A stretch of 62,775 nucleotides of DNA from a virus (IMGVR_UViG_3300046782_000740:1-62775), one strand, 5' to 3'. Shown: positions 26,134 to 35,898, numbered from the stretch's first letter. Program-made: numbers and translations. The notes: generated from the sequence alone by a model not told the origin.

Positions 26134-26850
26134 ATGGCTCGCTCTTCCCACCAGAAGTGCAAGGTCTGCCAGACGCTCATTCACAAACGCAACCGGTACG
26201 GCCTGTGCCACGTGCACTACCAGCAGCACGAGGACAGGCTGCGCCTCGAACGGGCCACGGCGAAGCTGCGGCGTGAGCGTCAGCAGAGCAATCCGATCAC
26301 GCAGATCATCGACGATCTGCGTACCGAGCGGCGCGAGGAGCAGATCATGCAGGAGATGTCAACCAACGGCACCGTCGCACTCCCGGATCTGCAACTGATG
26401 CGGCAGACACCGAGAAAGCTCAGCGACGAGCAGAAGCTGGAGATCGGCGCAGCCTACGAGGACGAGCGGGTCGCCGTGCTCGACATCCTGACCCGCTTCG
26501 AGATCACCGAGAACAGGCTGTACGACGTGCTGAAGGGGCTCGGCCTGCCGACCCGCAGCCAGAAGCGCAAGACCGCTGCCGCAGCACCGGTCATCGAATC
26601 CAACGTCGGTGTGCCGCCCGAGGTCGAGGTCGCCCTCGAACACATGCTGCGCCCCGTCGAGCCCATGGCACCGACACCCTTGCCACGGGCAAGGCAGGCC
26701 CCCGTAGCATGGCAGCAGGCCCAGCTATGGGAAGCCACGGTGACTGGCACCGTGGAGTTTCGCGGCGAGGAACTGGAGGACATCATCAGCCAGGTGAAGG
26801 CAGTCTTCCCCAACCTGCGCATCACTGCTATCAAGCAGGTAACCGGCTAA
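26134..26850 (+). CDS. Putative DNA-binding protein (Zn finger plus HTH-like, 238 aa)
   Basis: CKVC...CxxH; RKLSDEQKLEI..AY...VLDILTRFEITENRLYDVLK. Confidence 0.7.
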   Translation: MARSSHQKCKVCQTLIHKRNRYGLCHVHYQQHEDRLRLERATAKLRRERQQSNPITQIIDDLRTERREEQIMQEMSTNGTVALPDLQLMRQTPRKLSDEQKLEIGAAYEDERVAVLDILTRFEITENRLYDVLKGLGLPTRSQKRKTAAAAPVIESNVGVPPEVEVALEHMLRPVEPMAPTPLPRARQAPVAWQQAQLWEATVTGTVEFRGEELEDIISQVKAVFPNLRITAIKQVTG

Positions 26851-26865
26851 GCTAGTACACGGAAT

Positions 26866-26895
26866 TTGACAATCGTCGACGGCCCCGAGTATGGT
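26866..26895 (+). promoter_or_regulatory. Sigma70/SigA-type promoter
   Basis: TTGACA-N18-TATGGT. Confidence 0.8.
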
Positions 26896-26957
26896 ACTGG
26901 GGTCGTCGGAGATTCGTCCGACACCAATACGCACTGCCTTGAGGAGGGCACATCGCT

Positions 26958-27269
26958 ATGAGCAACATCTATCGGCTCGCTCTACAGGTACAGGACGCCA
27001 GCAACATCAACGGCGTCGTCAACTCGCTGGCCAAGGAAGTCCTGCCAGCCATCCGCGAGGAAGCGGCGTACAGGGCGCAGGGCATGCCAGCCATGGCCAA
27101 CAACCCCGCCTTGATCCTGTTCCTCGACAAGCTTGTGTCGATGACCAACGTCGGCTGGATCCACGACGTCGACAGCCGCATCAGCCAGGCGTACACCGAC
27201 TGCCACACCCTGGCCGAGGGGCTCGAAGCGGTGGCGGCAGCCTCCCTCCCCGGTGGGCCGCTCTCATGA
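26958..27269 (+). CDS. Hypothetical protein (103 aa)
   Basis: CCTTGAGGAGG RBS. Confidence 0.75.
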   Translation: MSNIYRLALQVQDASNINGVVNSLAKEVLPAIREEAAYRAQGMPAMANNPALILFLDKLVSMTNVGWIHDVDSRISQAYTDCHTLAEGLEAVAAASLPGGPLS

Positions 27270-27784
27270 GCTACGCCTTCCCGCTCCACATTGACTGGCA
27301 CTGCGTCTGCGGCGACGCGGCTGCCAGCCACGTCACTCGGGCCACCGGTGAGGAGTGCCACGGCCACTGCCAGCGCACCCCGAAGGACTGTGCTGGCCAG
27401 GGCTACCGCCCCATCTTGCACACCGACCGCACCCCGGCTATCGAAGCCATCTTCACTGCGGCGGGCAGCAACGTCGACCACTGGCCCAAGCACTATTCGT
27501 GCGACCTGAGCACTGACTACCAGATGCTCATTCGCCCCGACGCACCGACCCGGTTCATCTGGATCCTGCGGGAGATGGGCACCCAACTCTACCCGCTGGA
27601 TCAGGAAGCCTGGGGTACGGGCTACACCCGAGCAGCGCTCAAGTGGATGGCCGAGAACCATTCCGAAGCGTACGTCTTCCACTGGAACGGGTTCACGCTG
27701 GACCCGGTGAGCTACGACACGGCCAGGACACTGGCCGCTGTCCCGCCCATCAGGCAGCCCACACGTGATCTGGTTACCAACTGA
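27266..27784 (+). CDS. Hypothetical protein (172 aa) with an N-terminal Cys/His cluster
   Basis: ATGA coupling to the upstream gene. Confidence 0.7.
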   Translation: MSYAFPLHIDWHCVCGDAAASHVTRATGEECHGHCQRTPKDCAGQGYRPILHTDRTPAIEAIFTAAGSNVDHWPKHYSCDLSTDYQMLIRPDAPTRFIWILREMGTQLYPLDQEAWGTGYTRAALKWMAENHSEAYVFHWNGFTLDPVSYDTARTLAAVPPIRQPTRDLVTN

Positions 27785-27968
27785 TCAGGCTGTCGCGCTG
27801 TTCATCGGGCTGCTCGTGTTGCTGCACATGCTGCACGAGTGGCCCCGCACCTAACCCACACCCGGGTGGATTGCCGGTTACAACCCCGGTGCCGAGAGAG
27901 CGTTCAGACTTATCCGCGTCTGGCGCTACCCGGTACGCTATTGCACCAGCCTTGAGGAGGGCTCCGGT

Positions 27969-28217
27969 ATGCACGTATTCATCGTTCTCGTGAGCAAGCT
28001 GGCAGGGCCCAGCGTGCAGGTTGAGGTGCGCGGGGTGTTCGCCCACATGCACCAGGCCACGCCGTTCGTCCAGTACCTGCGCAAGCAGGAAGGGCTCGAT
28101 GCCCAGATCAGCAAGCACGAGGTGCTCAACCACGTGTTCGGCACCGACCCGGTGGCACGCTCGATTCGCATGCGCATCGGGCTGCCCGAGCCCGCGTTCC
28201 CCGAGGCGGGGCAATGA
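27969..28217 (+). CDS. Hypothetical protein (82 aa)
   Basis: CCTTGAGGAGG RBS. Confidence 0.7.
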   Translation: MHVFIVLVSKLAGPSVQVEVRGVFAHMHQATPFVQYLRKQEGLDAQISKHEVLNHVFGTDPVARSIRMRIGLPEPAFPEAGQ

Positions 28218-28486
28218 GCGAGGCACCGGAGGAGAGCGGCATCACCCCGATACTCCTGTCTGCTGAGGACGTCGACAGGCTGGCCGACTACGTCGAGGCC
28301 CACGCGGCGGCCCGGCGAGACGTGCGGGGCAGCAAGTTCGACGAGGTGGACTACCTGTGCGGCGCGATGAGCGTCTATTTCGCGCTGGGCCTGCAGGGCA
28401 AGATCCCCGCCTCGTGGATCTTCGGCCCGCTGACCAACCGCCCCGCGCTGCGCCTCGACAGGGTGCCCGACGATGCAGCCAACTAG
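28214..28486 (+). CDS. Hypothetical protein (90 aa)
   Basis: ATGA coupling. Confidence 0.7.
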   Translation: MSEAPEESGITPILLSAEDVDRLADYVEAHAAARRDVRGSKFDEVDYLCGAMSVYFALGLQGKIPASWIFGPLTNRPALRLDRVPDDAAN

Positions 28487-28664
28487 CCCGCACGGCTGGC
28501 ACACCCACGACAACGTGGTGTGCTCGAAGTGCGGCGTGCTGGTGCACGACCGAATGTGGTGCATCCGACGAGCGGGGCAGCGCAACTGCCCCATCCCTCG
28601 CACCATCATGTGCTCAGCTTGCCGGTTCAAGCAGAGTGTAGCAGAGTCGAAAACTTCGGGTTGA
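28473..28664 (+). CDS. Small Zn-finger-like protein (63 aa)
   Basis: CSKC...CSAC; short overlap with the upstream gene. Confidence 0.5.
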   Translation: MQPTSPHGWHTHDNVVCSKCGVLVHDRMWCIRRAGQRNCPIPRTIMCSACRFKQSVAESKTSG

Positions 28665-28690
28665 CAACCGATTTGACACCGTGTTATGGT
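28661..28690 (+). promoter_or_regulatory. Sigma70/SigA-type promoter
   Basis: TTGACA-N18-TATGGT. Confidence 0.8.
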
Positions 28691-28763
28691 TCCCCCTGTC
28701 GGAAACGAACCGACGGACCAATCGGCTCACACACGAGCCAACACCTTGAGGAGGGCATACTAC

Positions 28764-29840
28764 ATGCCAGCAGATCTTTTCGGTAACAAGTTCTACGGTG
28801 GCCGTGGCCTTGCGGCCTGGCACAACAGGGGCTTCGTCGATGACGTCGAGCACACGGCGTCCGAGGCGTTCGATCTCATCGGTCGCTATCACGTGCTGAA
28901 GCTACCGCTGCAGACCATCGCCACTCGCCAGGACGGCACGCATGTGCCGACGCCGTACTTCGGCCTGGTGCGGGGCCCGATCCCCGAGGATCCGCAGGAG
29001 AACGTCTTCGGCGTGGTGTCTGGCCAGTACATGCTGGTCACGCCAGACGAGTTCGTCGACCTGTGGGATGCCCGGGTTCGCCGTCCAGTGGAGACGATGC
29101 TGGCGCTGAAGGACGGCAAGCAGTTCATCATCACCACCAAGCTGCCAGGCTTCAACGTGCGGGGCGACGAGATCGAGAACTTCCTGATGGCCTGGAGCAT
29201 GATGGACGGCAGCACGGCTTCCGGTGCCAACACCTCCAGCGTTCGGACGGTGTGCGCCAACACCTTTGCCGCGTCGCTACAGGCGAGCAGCCAGCGGGTC
29301 TCGTTCGTCCACGACAGCTACATCCTGCAGCGCATGGGCCGCTGGATGGAGGATGTGGTGCAGCGGGCCGAGGCGAAACTGCCGCAGTTGGCCGAGGCGT
29401 ACGACGCCATGGCGGCGTACACCCTGACCAAGAGCCGCCCGGAGGCTGGCCGCGAGATCAAGTACGTGCTGCAGAGCGCTTACCCCTCGCTGCCGAAGTA
29501 CGATGCCGACCCGCTGCTCTCGACCGAGCAGAACGAGGAGAAGGCGAAGCGGCGGGACGGCGAGATCCGCGTCGCCGACGAGCGGCGGGTACAGGCTCTC
29601 GAACTGTTCAAGGGTGCTGGCACCGGCATGAAGAACCGCGCTGCCTACGGCACGGCGTGGGGCCTGTACCAGGCAGTCGTCGAACTGGAGGATTGGAAGG
29701 GCGGCAGCAAGGGCGCTGGCCTGGCCCACAGTGTCTTGTTCGGCGAGCGGGCCGACACCAAGGAGCGGGCCTTCGACGCCACCATGGCAGTGGTGGCGGG
29801 CAAAGCGCCCATCGACGCCAGGGCACCAGCCCTGGCCTAG
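28764..29840 (+). CDS. DUF932 (phage/plasmid LGT-type) protein (358 aa)
   Basis: AWH.RG, GVVSGQY, ETMLALKDGK, DGST...VRTVCANT, GTAWGLYQAVVE. Confidence 0.85.
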   Translation: MPADLFGNKFYGGRGLAAWHNRGFVDDVEHTASEAFDLIGRYHVLKLPLQTIATRQDGTHVPTPYFGLVRGPIPEDPQENVFGVVSGQYMLVTPDEFVDLWDARVRRPVETMLALKDGKQFIITTKLPGFNVRGDEIENFLMAWSMMDGSTASGANTSSVRTVCANTFAASLQASSQRVSFVHDSYILQRMGRWMEDVVQRAEAKLPQLAEAYDAMAAYTLTKSRPEAGREIKYVLQSAYPSLPKYDADPLLSTEQNEEKAKRRDGEIRVADERRVQALELFKGAGTGMKNRAAYGTAWGLYQAVVELEDWKGGSKGAGLAHSVLFGERADTKERAFDATMAVVAGKAPIDARAPALA

Positions 29841-30004
29841 TGCCAGATCGGGGGGCTCTGCTGGGGTGGACTCGCAATGCTCCACTCCCCAGCAACCCCC
29901 CAGCTTCTGGACGGTGGATCTGTGAGCGGGATCGCTTACGCGCTTTTGGCGACCCCGCTCACGGTTTCTTCTACGCAACAGCCTTGAGGAGGCACTACAC
30001 CACA

Positions 30005-30238
30005 ATGCGTTACGGACTTATCGCACACCACGAGGACGGCGAGGCCAGCCCGGTCCCGTACTTCGTGGTCGACAGCACACAGAACAGCATCTCGCTCGGC
30101 ACGCTGGGCCCCAAGTTCAGCGAGGCCGAGGCCGAGGTCATCGCCTTCGCCCTCAACGCCGTGTCCGAAGGGCTCACGTTGTACGCCGGGCACCAGGCCA
30201 ACGAGGTGCTCACCGCATACACGGGGCCACGGCTATGA
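30005..30238 (+). CDS. Hypothetical protein (77 aa)
   Basis: CCTTGAGGAGG RBS; coupled to the next gene. Confidence 0.7.
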   Translation: MRYGLIAHHEDGEASPVPYFVVDSTQNSISLGTLGPKFSEAEAEVIAFALNAVSEGLTLYAGHQANEVLTAYTGPRL

Positions 30239-30501
30239 GCGGCCCGCAGATCGAGAAGGTCGAGTGGGACACGCCGCTGCTGGGGCTCGTGCCCCAGCTT
30301 CGGCGCCTGCAGTACGCGGCCAACACGCTCAACTACCACGAGTTCTGCGAAGCCGTGGGCTGGCCCGAGGACGACTACAGCAAGGCCAAGTTCGTCGAGT
30401 TCCAGAAGCTGGGCCGGCTACATGTCTTCGACGACCACACCTTGGTGTGTGCCGTCGAGCACTACGAGTACCTGGCCAAGCGGCGCGAGTCCGTCTCGTG
30501 A
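30235..30501 (+). CDS. Hypothetical protein (88 aa)
   Basis: ATGA coupling. Confidence 0.7.
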   Translation: MSGPQIEKVEWDTPLLGLVPQLRRLQYAANTLNYHEFCEAVGWPEDDYSKAKFVEFQKLGRLHVFDDHTLVCAVEHYEYLAKRRESVS

Positions 30502-30887
30502 GCACCGAAGAGATTGGGCAGTACGCCGTGGTCATCACGGTTGAGGGGCCGCTCGAAGCGGCCCTGAGCATTGCCCGACAGGCGACGCTGTACTTCCTGG
30601 GCGGCGAGCCCATCCCGACGGTCAAGAACGTGGCGCTGCACCGCAACATGATGGCCGACGACAGACCGTACGAACCGTGGGCGCTGGTCAGGCCCACCAC
30701 CACCGAGCCCTGCCCCTACGCCGTCTTTCACGGGCCAGGTCACCAGTCCCGCACACGTTGCCGGATACGTGGCCCGCACGAGGTGCATGAGGCCATCTAC
30801 GGCGAGTTCAACCAGTACGCCACGTGGCGCGGCGAGTCCGACTCGTCGAGCGGCGTCTTCGACGAGGCACCGGAGGCAGACGAATGA
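30498..30887 (+). CDS. Hypothetical protein (129 aa)
   Basis: GTGA coupling; C...C..GPHE.H motif. Confidence 0.65.
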   Translation: MSTEEIGQYAVVITVEGPLEAALSIARQATLYFLGGEPIPTVKNVALHRNMMADDRPYEPWALVRPTTTEPCPYAVFHGPGHQSRTRCRIRGPHEVHEAIYGEFNQYATWRGESDSSSGVFDEAPEADE

Positions 30888-31423
30888 GCGTGCTCAATCC
30901 AAACTGCGACGGCGGGGACTGCACCGGCCCCACCCAGGTGCGCCGCTACTTCCTGGGCGGTCACTCCAACCTCAATCTGTGCCAGCCGTGCTGGCACGCC
31001 GAGGATGAGTACGCCATCAGCCGAGGCTGGCCGCGCACCCAGTGGAGCAAGGCTCCGGTGGTGTGGTCACCTGAATCGGGCGAGACCAAACCGGTGCGCA
31101 AGACCGAGGTCTACGCCGAGATCCACGCCGAGCGAGAGCGGGCCCACACCAAGCACGGCGCCAGGGGCAACAGCCGCGAGGACGCTGCGTGGTCCGAGCG
31201 TGAGTGGCTGCCCATCCTGATGGAAGAGCTAGGCGAGGTGGCCCACGAGATGACGTACGACGTGGAGACGCTGGGTAGGGCCCAGCGGATGCGCGCCGAA
31301 TTGGTGCAGGTTGCGGCGATGGCCGCAGCCTGGATCGACGCCATCGACCGTTCCGGTAGTCTGGAGCCCCATGACCGTACTGCTGAGCGCGGCAATGCTG
31401 ATCACCGTGCTGTCTCAAACTGA
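30884..31423 (+). CDS. MazG-like NTP pyrophosphohydrolase with an N-terminal Cys-rich domain
   Basis: WLPILMEELGEVA...RAELVQVAAMAAAWI. Confidence 0.8.
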   Translation: MSVLNPNCDGGDCTGPTQVRRYFLGGHSNLNLCQPCWHAEDEYAISRGWPRTQWSKAPVVWSPESGETKPVRKTEVYAEIHAERERAHTKHGARGNSREDAAWSEREWLPILMEELGEVAHEMTYDVETLGRAQRMRAELVQVAAMAAAWIDAIDRSGSLEPHDRTAERGNADHRAVSN

Positions 31424-31778
31424 CACGCTGTCCAGCGGGACCGACGAGCCGAGCACCGGAGTGGTCGAGAGCACAGACGCCATCGAGGCGCCCGAGGTGG
31501 AGCAACCCGCTCCTGTACCGGTGCCTGCAGTACGCCCCGTATGGGATCGACTGGCGAACTGCGAGTCAAGCGGTAACTGGCGTATCAACACGGGCAATGG
31601 CTACTACGGCGGGCTGCAAGAGGACATGCAGTTCTGGCGCCGCCACGGGGGGCTGGCCTATGCCAGCCGCCCCGACCTGGCCAGTCGAGAGGCGCAGGTG
31701 GCTGTCGCCGAGCGCGGCCTGGCAGCACAGGGGTGGGGGGCATGGCCCCGGTGTTCGCGCATGCTGGGTTTGCGATGA
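31371..31778 (+). CDS. rpf: Resuscitation-promoting factor (Rpf) family transglycosylase
   Basis: WDRLANCESSGNWRINTGNGYYGGLQ...ASREAQVAVAER..AAQGWGAWPRC; hydrophobic N-terminus. Confidence 0.92.
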   Translation: MTVLLSAAMLITVLSQTDTLSSGTDEPSTGVVESTDAIEAPEVEQPAPVPVPAVRPVWDRLANCESSGNWRINTGNGYYGGLQEDMQFWRRHGGLAYASRPDLASREAQVAVAERGLAAQGWGAWPRCSRMLGLR

Positions 31779-33301
31779 GCGAACTGGTCACCAAGATCTA
31801 CGGCCCGCCAGGCACCGGCAAGACCACTCGGCTGACCGCCGTCGCCAATCGCGCAGCACAGTTGGTTGGGCCTGATCAACTGTGCGCCATCACCTTTACC
31901 CGGGCTGGGGCAGACGAGATCAAGCAGCGCATCGCGGTCAGCCTGGGTATGCCGGTACCGCCCGACCCGTGGCAGCGCAGGAAGCTCCTCGACGCGCGGC
32001 TGCCGTGGGTCGGCACCATCCACTCGCTGGCGTATAAGCTGATCGGCAGGCCACCCACCCTGCGCGCGGCGGACCTGACAGAGTTCATCGCACGTATGGG
32101 CGGGCGAGCCTCGGGCATGCTGCAGGACGTCGACGCCCAGGAGGGCTACGCCTGGGCCGAGCCCGGTAGAGATGAGGTCGAGGCCGCGCTGGCCGTGATC
32201 TCCGGTGCCAGGCACCGCATGATCGGGCTGCTTGAGGCATACGACAAGATGCCGTGGGGCTACCAGGGACCGACGGTCTCGCCCGAGCGGGTCGAGTTCA
32301 TCGCCCGAGCCTACGCCGACTTCAAGCAACAGACCGGGCGCATCGACTTCGAGGACATGCTGGAGCTAGGCCAGAGCGAGAGACCGCCCGCTCAGGTGTT
32401 CCTCGTCGACGAGGTGCAGGACAACAGCCCCCTGCTGTGGAGCGTGACCGACGCCTGGACTGCGGGGCACAAGACGTACCTGGCAGGCGACCCGTACCAG
32501 GCCATCTACCTGTTCTCGGGTGCGGCGCCCGACCTGTTCATCAACCACACCGGTACGCTGTACCCGCTCGGCGACTCACGTCGCCTCACGGCGCGGGCAA
32601 GCGAGGCCGCTCAGCGTGTCTTACGCGAAGCTGGCGTGCTCGAAGGGCAGTGGCTCGGCACGTGGACCGGAACGGGCGCCGGTGAGCAGACCGACGGCAG
32701 CGAGTTCTACCTGGCCCGCACCAACCGCTTGCTGCACGGCGTCTATCAGGATCTCGAAGACGAGGGCACGCCGTACGGCTACATGCGCGGCGGCGGGCCG
32801 CTCAAGCAGAAGGCAGCCAGCGGCTTCCGCACCCTGATGCAGTTGCGGCGTACCGGTGGCGCCCCTGCCAGCGCGGTCTCGTCGCTGGTCGAGGAGTGCG
32901 AGTCGAGCTACCTGCCGCAGGGGCTCAAGGCCCGCATGCGGGCCCTGGCCAAGGCTGACCCCGACATGCTGCTCGGCCCCGAGACGCTGCCCAGCCTGGA
33001 GGCGGGCGCGCTGGGGCTCAAGCATGCCAGGTACTACGAGCGGGTGCTGTCCCGCCACGGGCCCCGAGCGTTCGTGCTGGAGCCCAGCGTGCGGGTCGGC
33101 ACGATCCATGCCGCCAAGGGCAAGGAAGCCGATACCGTGCATCTCGTGAGTAGCTGGGGTACGCTTCCCTACCGCAGCGCCACCTCGTCTGCTGAGGGCG
33201 CGTTAGCCGAGGGATGCGTGGCGTACGTAGCTCTCACTCGGCACCGGGTGGCGCTGCATTTGATACCCGGTGATGAGGGCATCCCCTATCCCGGTTTCTA
33301 G
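31775..33301 (+). CDS. UvrD/Rep-like SF1 helicase
   Basis: GPPGTGKT, TFTR, TIHS, VDEVQD, GDPYQAIY, TIHAAKGKEAD, YVALTR. Confidence 0.92.
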   Translation: MSELVTKIYGPPGTGKTTRLTAVANRAAQLVGPDQLCAITFTRAGADEIKQRIAVSLGMPVPPDPWQRRKLLDARLPWVGTIHSLAYKLIGRPPTLRAADLTEFIARMGGRASGMLQDVDAQEGYAWAEPGRDEVEAALAVISGARHRMIGLLEAYDKMPWGYQGPTVSPERVEFIARAYADFKQQTGRIDFEDMLELGQSERPPAQVFLVDEVQDNSPLLWSVTDAWTAGHKTYLAGDPYQAIYLFSGAAPDLFINHTGTLYPLGDSRRLTARASEAAQRVLREAGVLEGQWLGTWTGTGAGEQTDGSEFYLARTNRLLHGVYQDLEDEGTPYGYMRGGGPLKQKAASGFRTLMQLRRTGGAPASAVSSLVEECESSYLPQGLKARMRALAKADPDMLLGPETLPSLEAGALGLKHARYYERVLSRHGPRAFVLEPSVRVGTIHAAKGKEADTVHLVSSWGTLPYRSATSSAEGALAEGCVAYVALTRHRVALHLIPGDEGIPYPGF

Positions 33302-33938
33302 GGAGCGGCCCAACTTGCCCATTGCTGACGAGCCCGGTCCGCAAAATTCGCGGCCAATTTCATGGGATCCGGTATGGACCGAACGCTTCGACGACCGCAT
33401 CGTGCGTACCGAGGCGCACTGGCTCTGGACGGGCTACGTCGACCACCGAGACGGCTACGGGCGCTTCAAGCCCAGCCACGCCGACACGGCGATGCTGGCC
33501 CACCGTCTGGCCTACGTCAGGTGGGTGGGCCCGATCTCCGACGAGACCCCGGTGATCGACCACGTGGGGCACCCGTTCTTCCTGCGCAACTGCGTCAGGC
33601 CAGACTGCCTCGAAGCCATCACGCACGCCGAGAACATCAGGCGCGGCGGCAGCCCCGCAGGCAAGAACGCCCGCCTGACGCACTGCCCCCGGTGCGGCAA
33701 CGAGTTCAACCCCGAGAACACCGTCTACCGGCCCAATGGGGAGCGCCGCTGTCGCATCTGCCTGCGCGAGGAGAAGCGGCGCTACAAGCTCAGGCGGAAG
33801 GCTGAGAAGACGGCGGCGGCAGTGCCGGTAGTGAGTGCAGCCGAGGCCGCGCCGAGCGCAGCGAGAGCACGATTACTTGCTCGGTCTCGCCGTTCGGATA
33901 GCGATGCGTCAGGCTCTGATACTCCCCAATCTGTTTGA
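33270..33938 (+). CDS. HNH endonuclease with a C-terminal zinc module (start uncertain)
   Basis: HWLWTG...GYGRF...AHRLAY...IDH...CVRPDCLEAITHAENIRRG...THCPRCG...CRIC. Confidence 0.85.
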   Translation: MMRASPIPVSRERPNLPIADEPGPQNSRPISWDPVWTERFDDRIVRTEAHWLWTGYVDHRDGYGRFKPSHADTAMLAHRLAYVRWVGPISDETPVIDHVGHPFFLRNCVRPDCLEAITHAENIRRGGSPAGKNARLTHCPRCGNEFNPENTVYRPNGERRCRICLREEKRRYKLRRKAEKTAAAVPVVSAAEAAPSAARARLLARSRRSDSDASGSDTPQSV

Positions 33939-35412
33939 GGGCCTCCAGGGCTATGCCTGGCTTGAACGGGTGGATCTGGGCCTTGAGGCGCTGCACGACG
34001 TCGCCGAAGCGCAGGTAGAACGCCTCACCGGTACGCCAGCCCAGCGCTGAGGTCTCGGCGGGCCCGTTGGGTAGCGGACGCTCGATCATCGGCTTGAGCA
34101 GGTTCAGCATGATCCTGGCGGCGTAGCCCGCGTCGCTGGCCTCCATCGGCGCGTGCGTCTCTTCCTCGACCATGCTCGACACGGCGTCAGTGAAGTCGGA
34201 GAAGTTGTGGCCGCGCTGCCCGGGCAGGAACTTGGGCGTCCAGTGCACCTGCAGGAAGCACTTGCGTATGAACGTTTGTTCTGTTAGCAGGTCGACGGCT
34301 GGCACCGCCACGCTCAGCAAGCGCGTGGTCCCGGTATTGCTTACGACCTCGATATCCAGGGTGTACTGCGCCTCGTCGGGCCCGATGATGTACCTGGCGG
34401 CGCGCAGCACCTTGAAGTTGGCGCCCGAGGCGACTCGGGCTGCCTGCCTGGCCTGCTCGATGGAGTCCCTGGCTCTATCGAAGGTCAGCTTGAGGTAGCC
34501 GTAGCCGTGGTTGGCCCGCGACTTGTCCCGGTACGTCGTCCCGCCAATCTCGCAGCAGGCGAAGATCCGCTCGATGGCCTCGAAGTCCTGCTCCTTACGG
34601 ATCAGTTCGCAGATCACGGCGTAGTCGATCTCGCTCTGGCTGGGCACGTTGTTCCAGTGCCGCGTGCCTGGCGCCTGATTCCCGGGGACCAGCAGGGTGT
34701 CCTTGATGCGCTGCTTCATGTTGAGCCCGCGCACCTTGCTGAACGTGTCGGTCTTCTCGTCGTCGCTTAGCTGCAGGATGCTGCGATCATTGGCGCGCGG
34801 CGGGATAGCCCCAGGCACCGGCGTCTCGGACAGGTACGCGTCGCCGACGGCCTTCAGGAACGCCTCACCGTTGGGCACGGTGGGCAGGTTCTCGAAGCCG
34901 CCTGACCTGATCTGGTACGCGCGGCCCGTGTCGGGGTGGATGCTGGGCGGCACCACCATGTAGCTCGGCCCAGCACCGGAGCGTCCGTCGCCGCGCACGT
35001 CGCCCGCGTGGGCGGCGCGGTTGGTCAGGTACCACACCCCGCTCTGGACCCGATTCGGGCAGCGGAACCAGATGTGTGCCTTGCCCGAGCCCGACTCGAC
35101 GATGCACGCGCCGCGCAGCAGCGGGTCGCGCGCGTGGTCCAGTACCCAGCGGGCAAACTCCATGTTGTCGACGTCGCCGCAGTAGATCCCGCCCGAGATC
35201 TCGCCGCAGATCAGGCCCCAGTTCTGGGTGCCCCGCTCGATCCATAGCTGGGCCTCTTCCCGAGTCACCCGACGCTTCTGGAACGGGCTCCACACGCCGT
35301 CCTGCAGGACGCTCAGGTAGGGCCGCTTGTCGCGCGTCTGGAGCGGGATGATGTTGGCGCCCAGCGCCAGGTACCGGAAGGCTATGTGCTCTTGCCCATC
35401 CGGCATAACCAC
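33790..35412 (-). CDS. Bifunctional primase-polymerase (Prim-Pol) domain protein
   Basis: IIPL...KRP...W..FQKR, NWGLICG, DVD, SGSGKAHIWF, DVRG...YMVVPPSIHPDTGRAY. Confidence 0.9.
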   Translation of the reverse strand: MVMPDGQEHIAFRYLALGANIIPLQTRDKRPYLSVLQDGVWSPFQKRRVTREEAQLWIERGTQNWGLICGEISGGIYCGDVDNMEFARWVLDHARDPLLRGACIVESGSGKAHIWFRCPNRVQSGVWYLTNRAAHAGDVRGDGRSGAGPSYMVVPPSIHPDTGRAYQIRSGGFENLPTVPNGEAFLKAVGDAYLSETPVPGAIPPRANDRSILQLSDDEKTDTFSKVRGLNMKQRIKDTLLVPGNQAPGTRHWNNVPSQSEIDYAVICELIRKEQDFEAIERIFACCEIGGTTYRDKSRANHGYGYLKLTFDRARDSIEQARQAARVASGANFKVLRAARYIIGPDEAQYTLDIEVVSNTGTTRLLSVAVPAVDLLTEQTFIRKCFLQVHWTPKFLPGQRGHNFSDFTDAVSSMVEEETHAPMEASDAGYAARIMLNLLKPMIERPLPNGPAETSALGWRTGEAFYLRFGDVVQRLKAQIHPFKPGIALEALKQIGEYQSLTHRYPNGETEQVIVLSLRSARPRLHSLPALPPPSSQPSA

Positions 35413-35419
35413 TGCGGGC

Positions 35420-35752
35420 CTACGTTCCTGGGACGGACTCTACGGGGCTGTCTCCTGCCTCGGTGGCCGTCTCATTAGCCGGTGAATTGGCGTCCGACCG
35501 GTGCTTGCCCAGGTCAGGGTGCAGCTTCTTATAGGCGTCCAGATCGCTGATCCTGAACATCAGCACGCGGCTCTTATCACCGAGCATAAAGCCGGGTATG
35601 CCAACGCCTCCGCCATCGTAGATTGACTTGAGCCGATACACGTACTCGCGGCTCACGCCAAGGTAATCTGCGGCTTCCTGTGCGGGCAACCAGCCCATAA
35701 ACGAGACCCTGCTGGGTGCTTCTGGCTTAACCGGTGCTACAGCCTGTGTCAT
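35420..35752 (-). CDS. HTH (excisionase/MerR-like) DNA-binding protein
   Basis: WLPAQEAADYLGVSREYVYRL...FRISDLDAY. Confidence 0.85.
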   Translation of the reverse strand: MTQAVAPVKPEAPSRVSFMGWLPAQEAADYLGVSREYVYRLKSIYDGGGVGIPGFMLGDKSRVLMFRISDLDAYKKLHPDLGKHRSDANSPANETATEAGDSPVESVPGT

Positions 35753-35783
35753 ACAAACCTCGCTAGAAGTTGGTTCGGTCGAC

Positions 35784-35813
35784 TTGACAATCGACGAGGG
35801 CCCAGTGTACAGT
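35784..35813 (+). promoter_or_regulatory. Sigma70/SigA-type promoter
   Basis: TTGACA-N18-TACAGT. Confidence 0.75.
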
Positions 35814-35898
35814 GACCCCTGTCATTCGTGCAACAACGCCATGGACGTGGCGCCGTTGTGAGTATGCAAAATCTTGTGAAGGGAGCACACCCCTATCT

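Noticed and set aside
35420-35752. Excisionase implying an integration module
   Set aside because: No integrase or att site recognised. More likely a transcription regulator.
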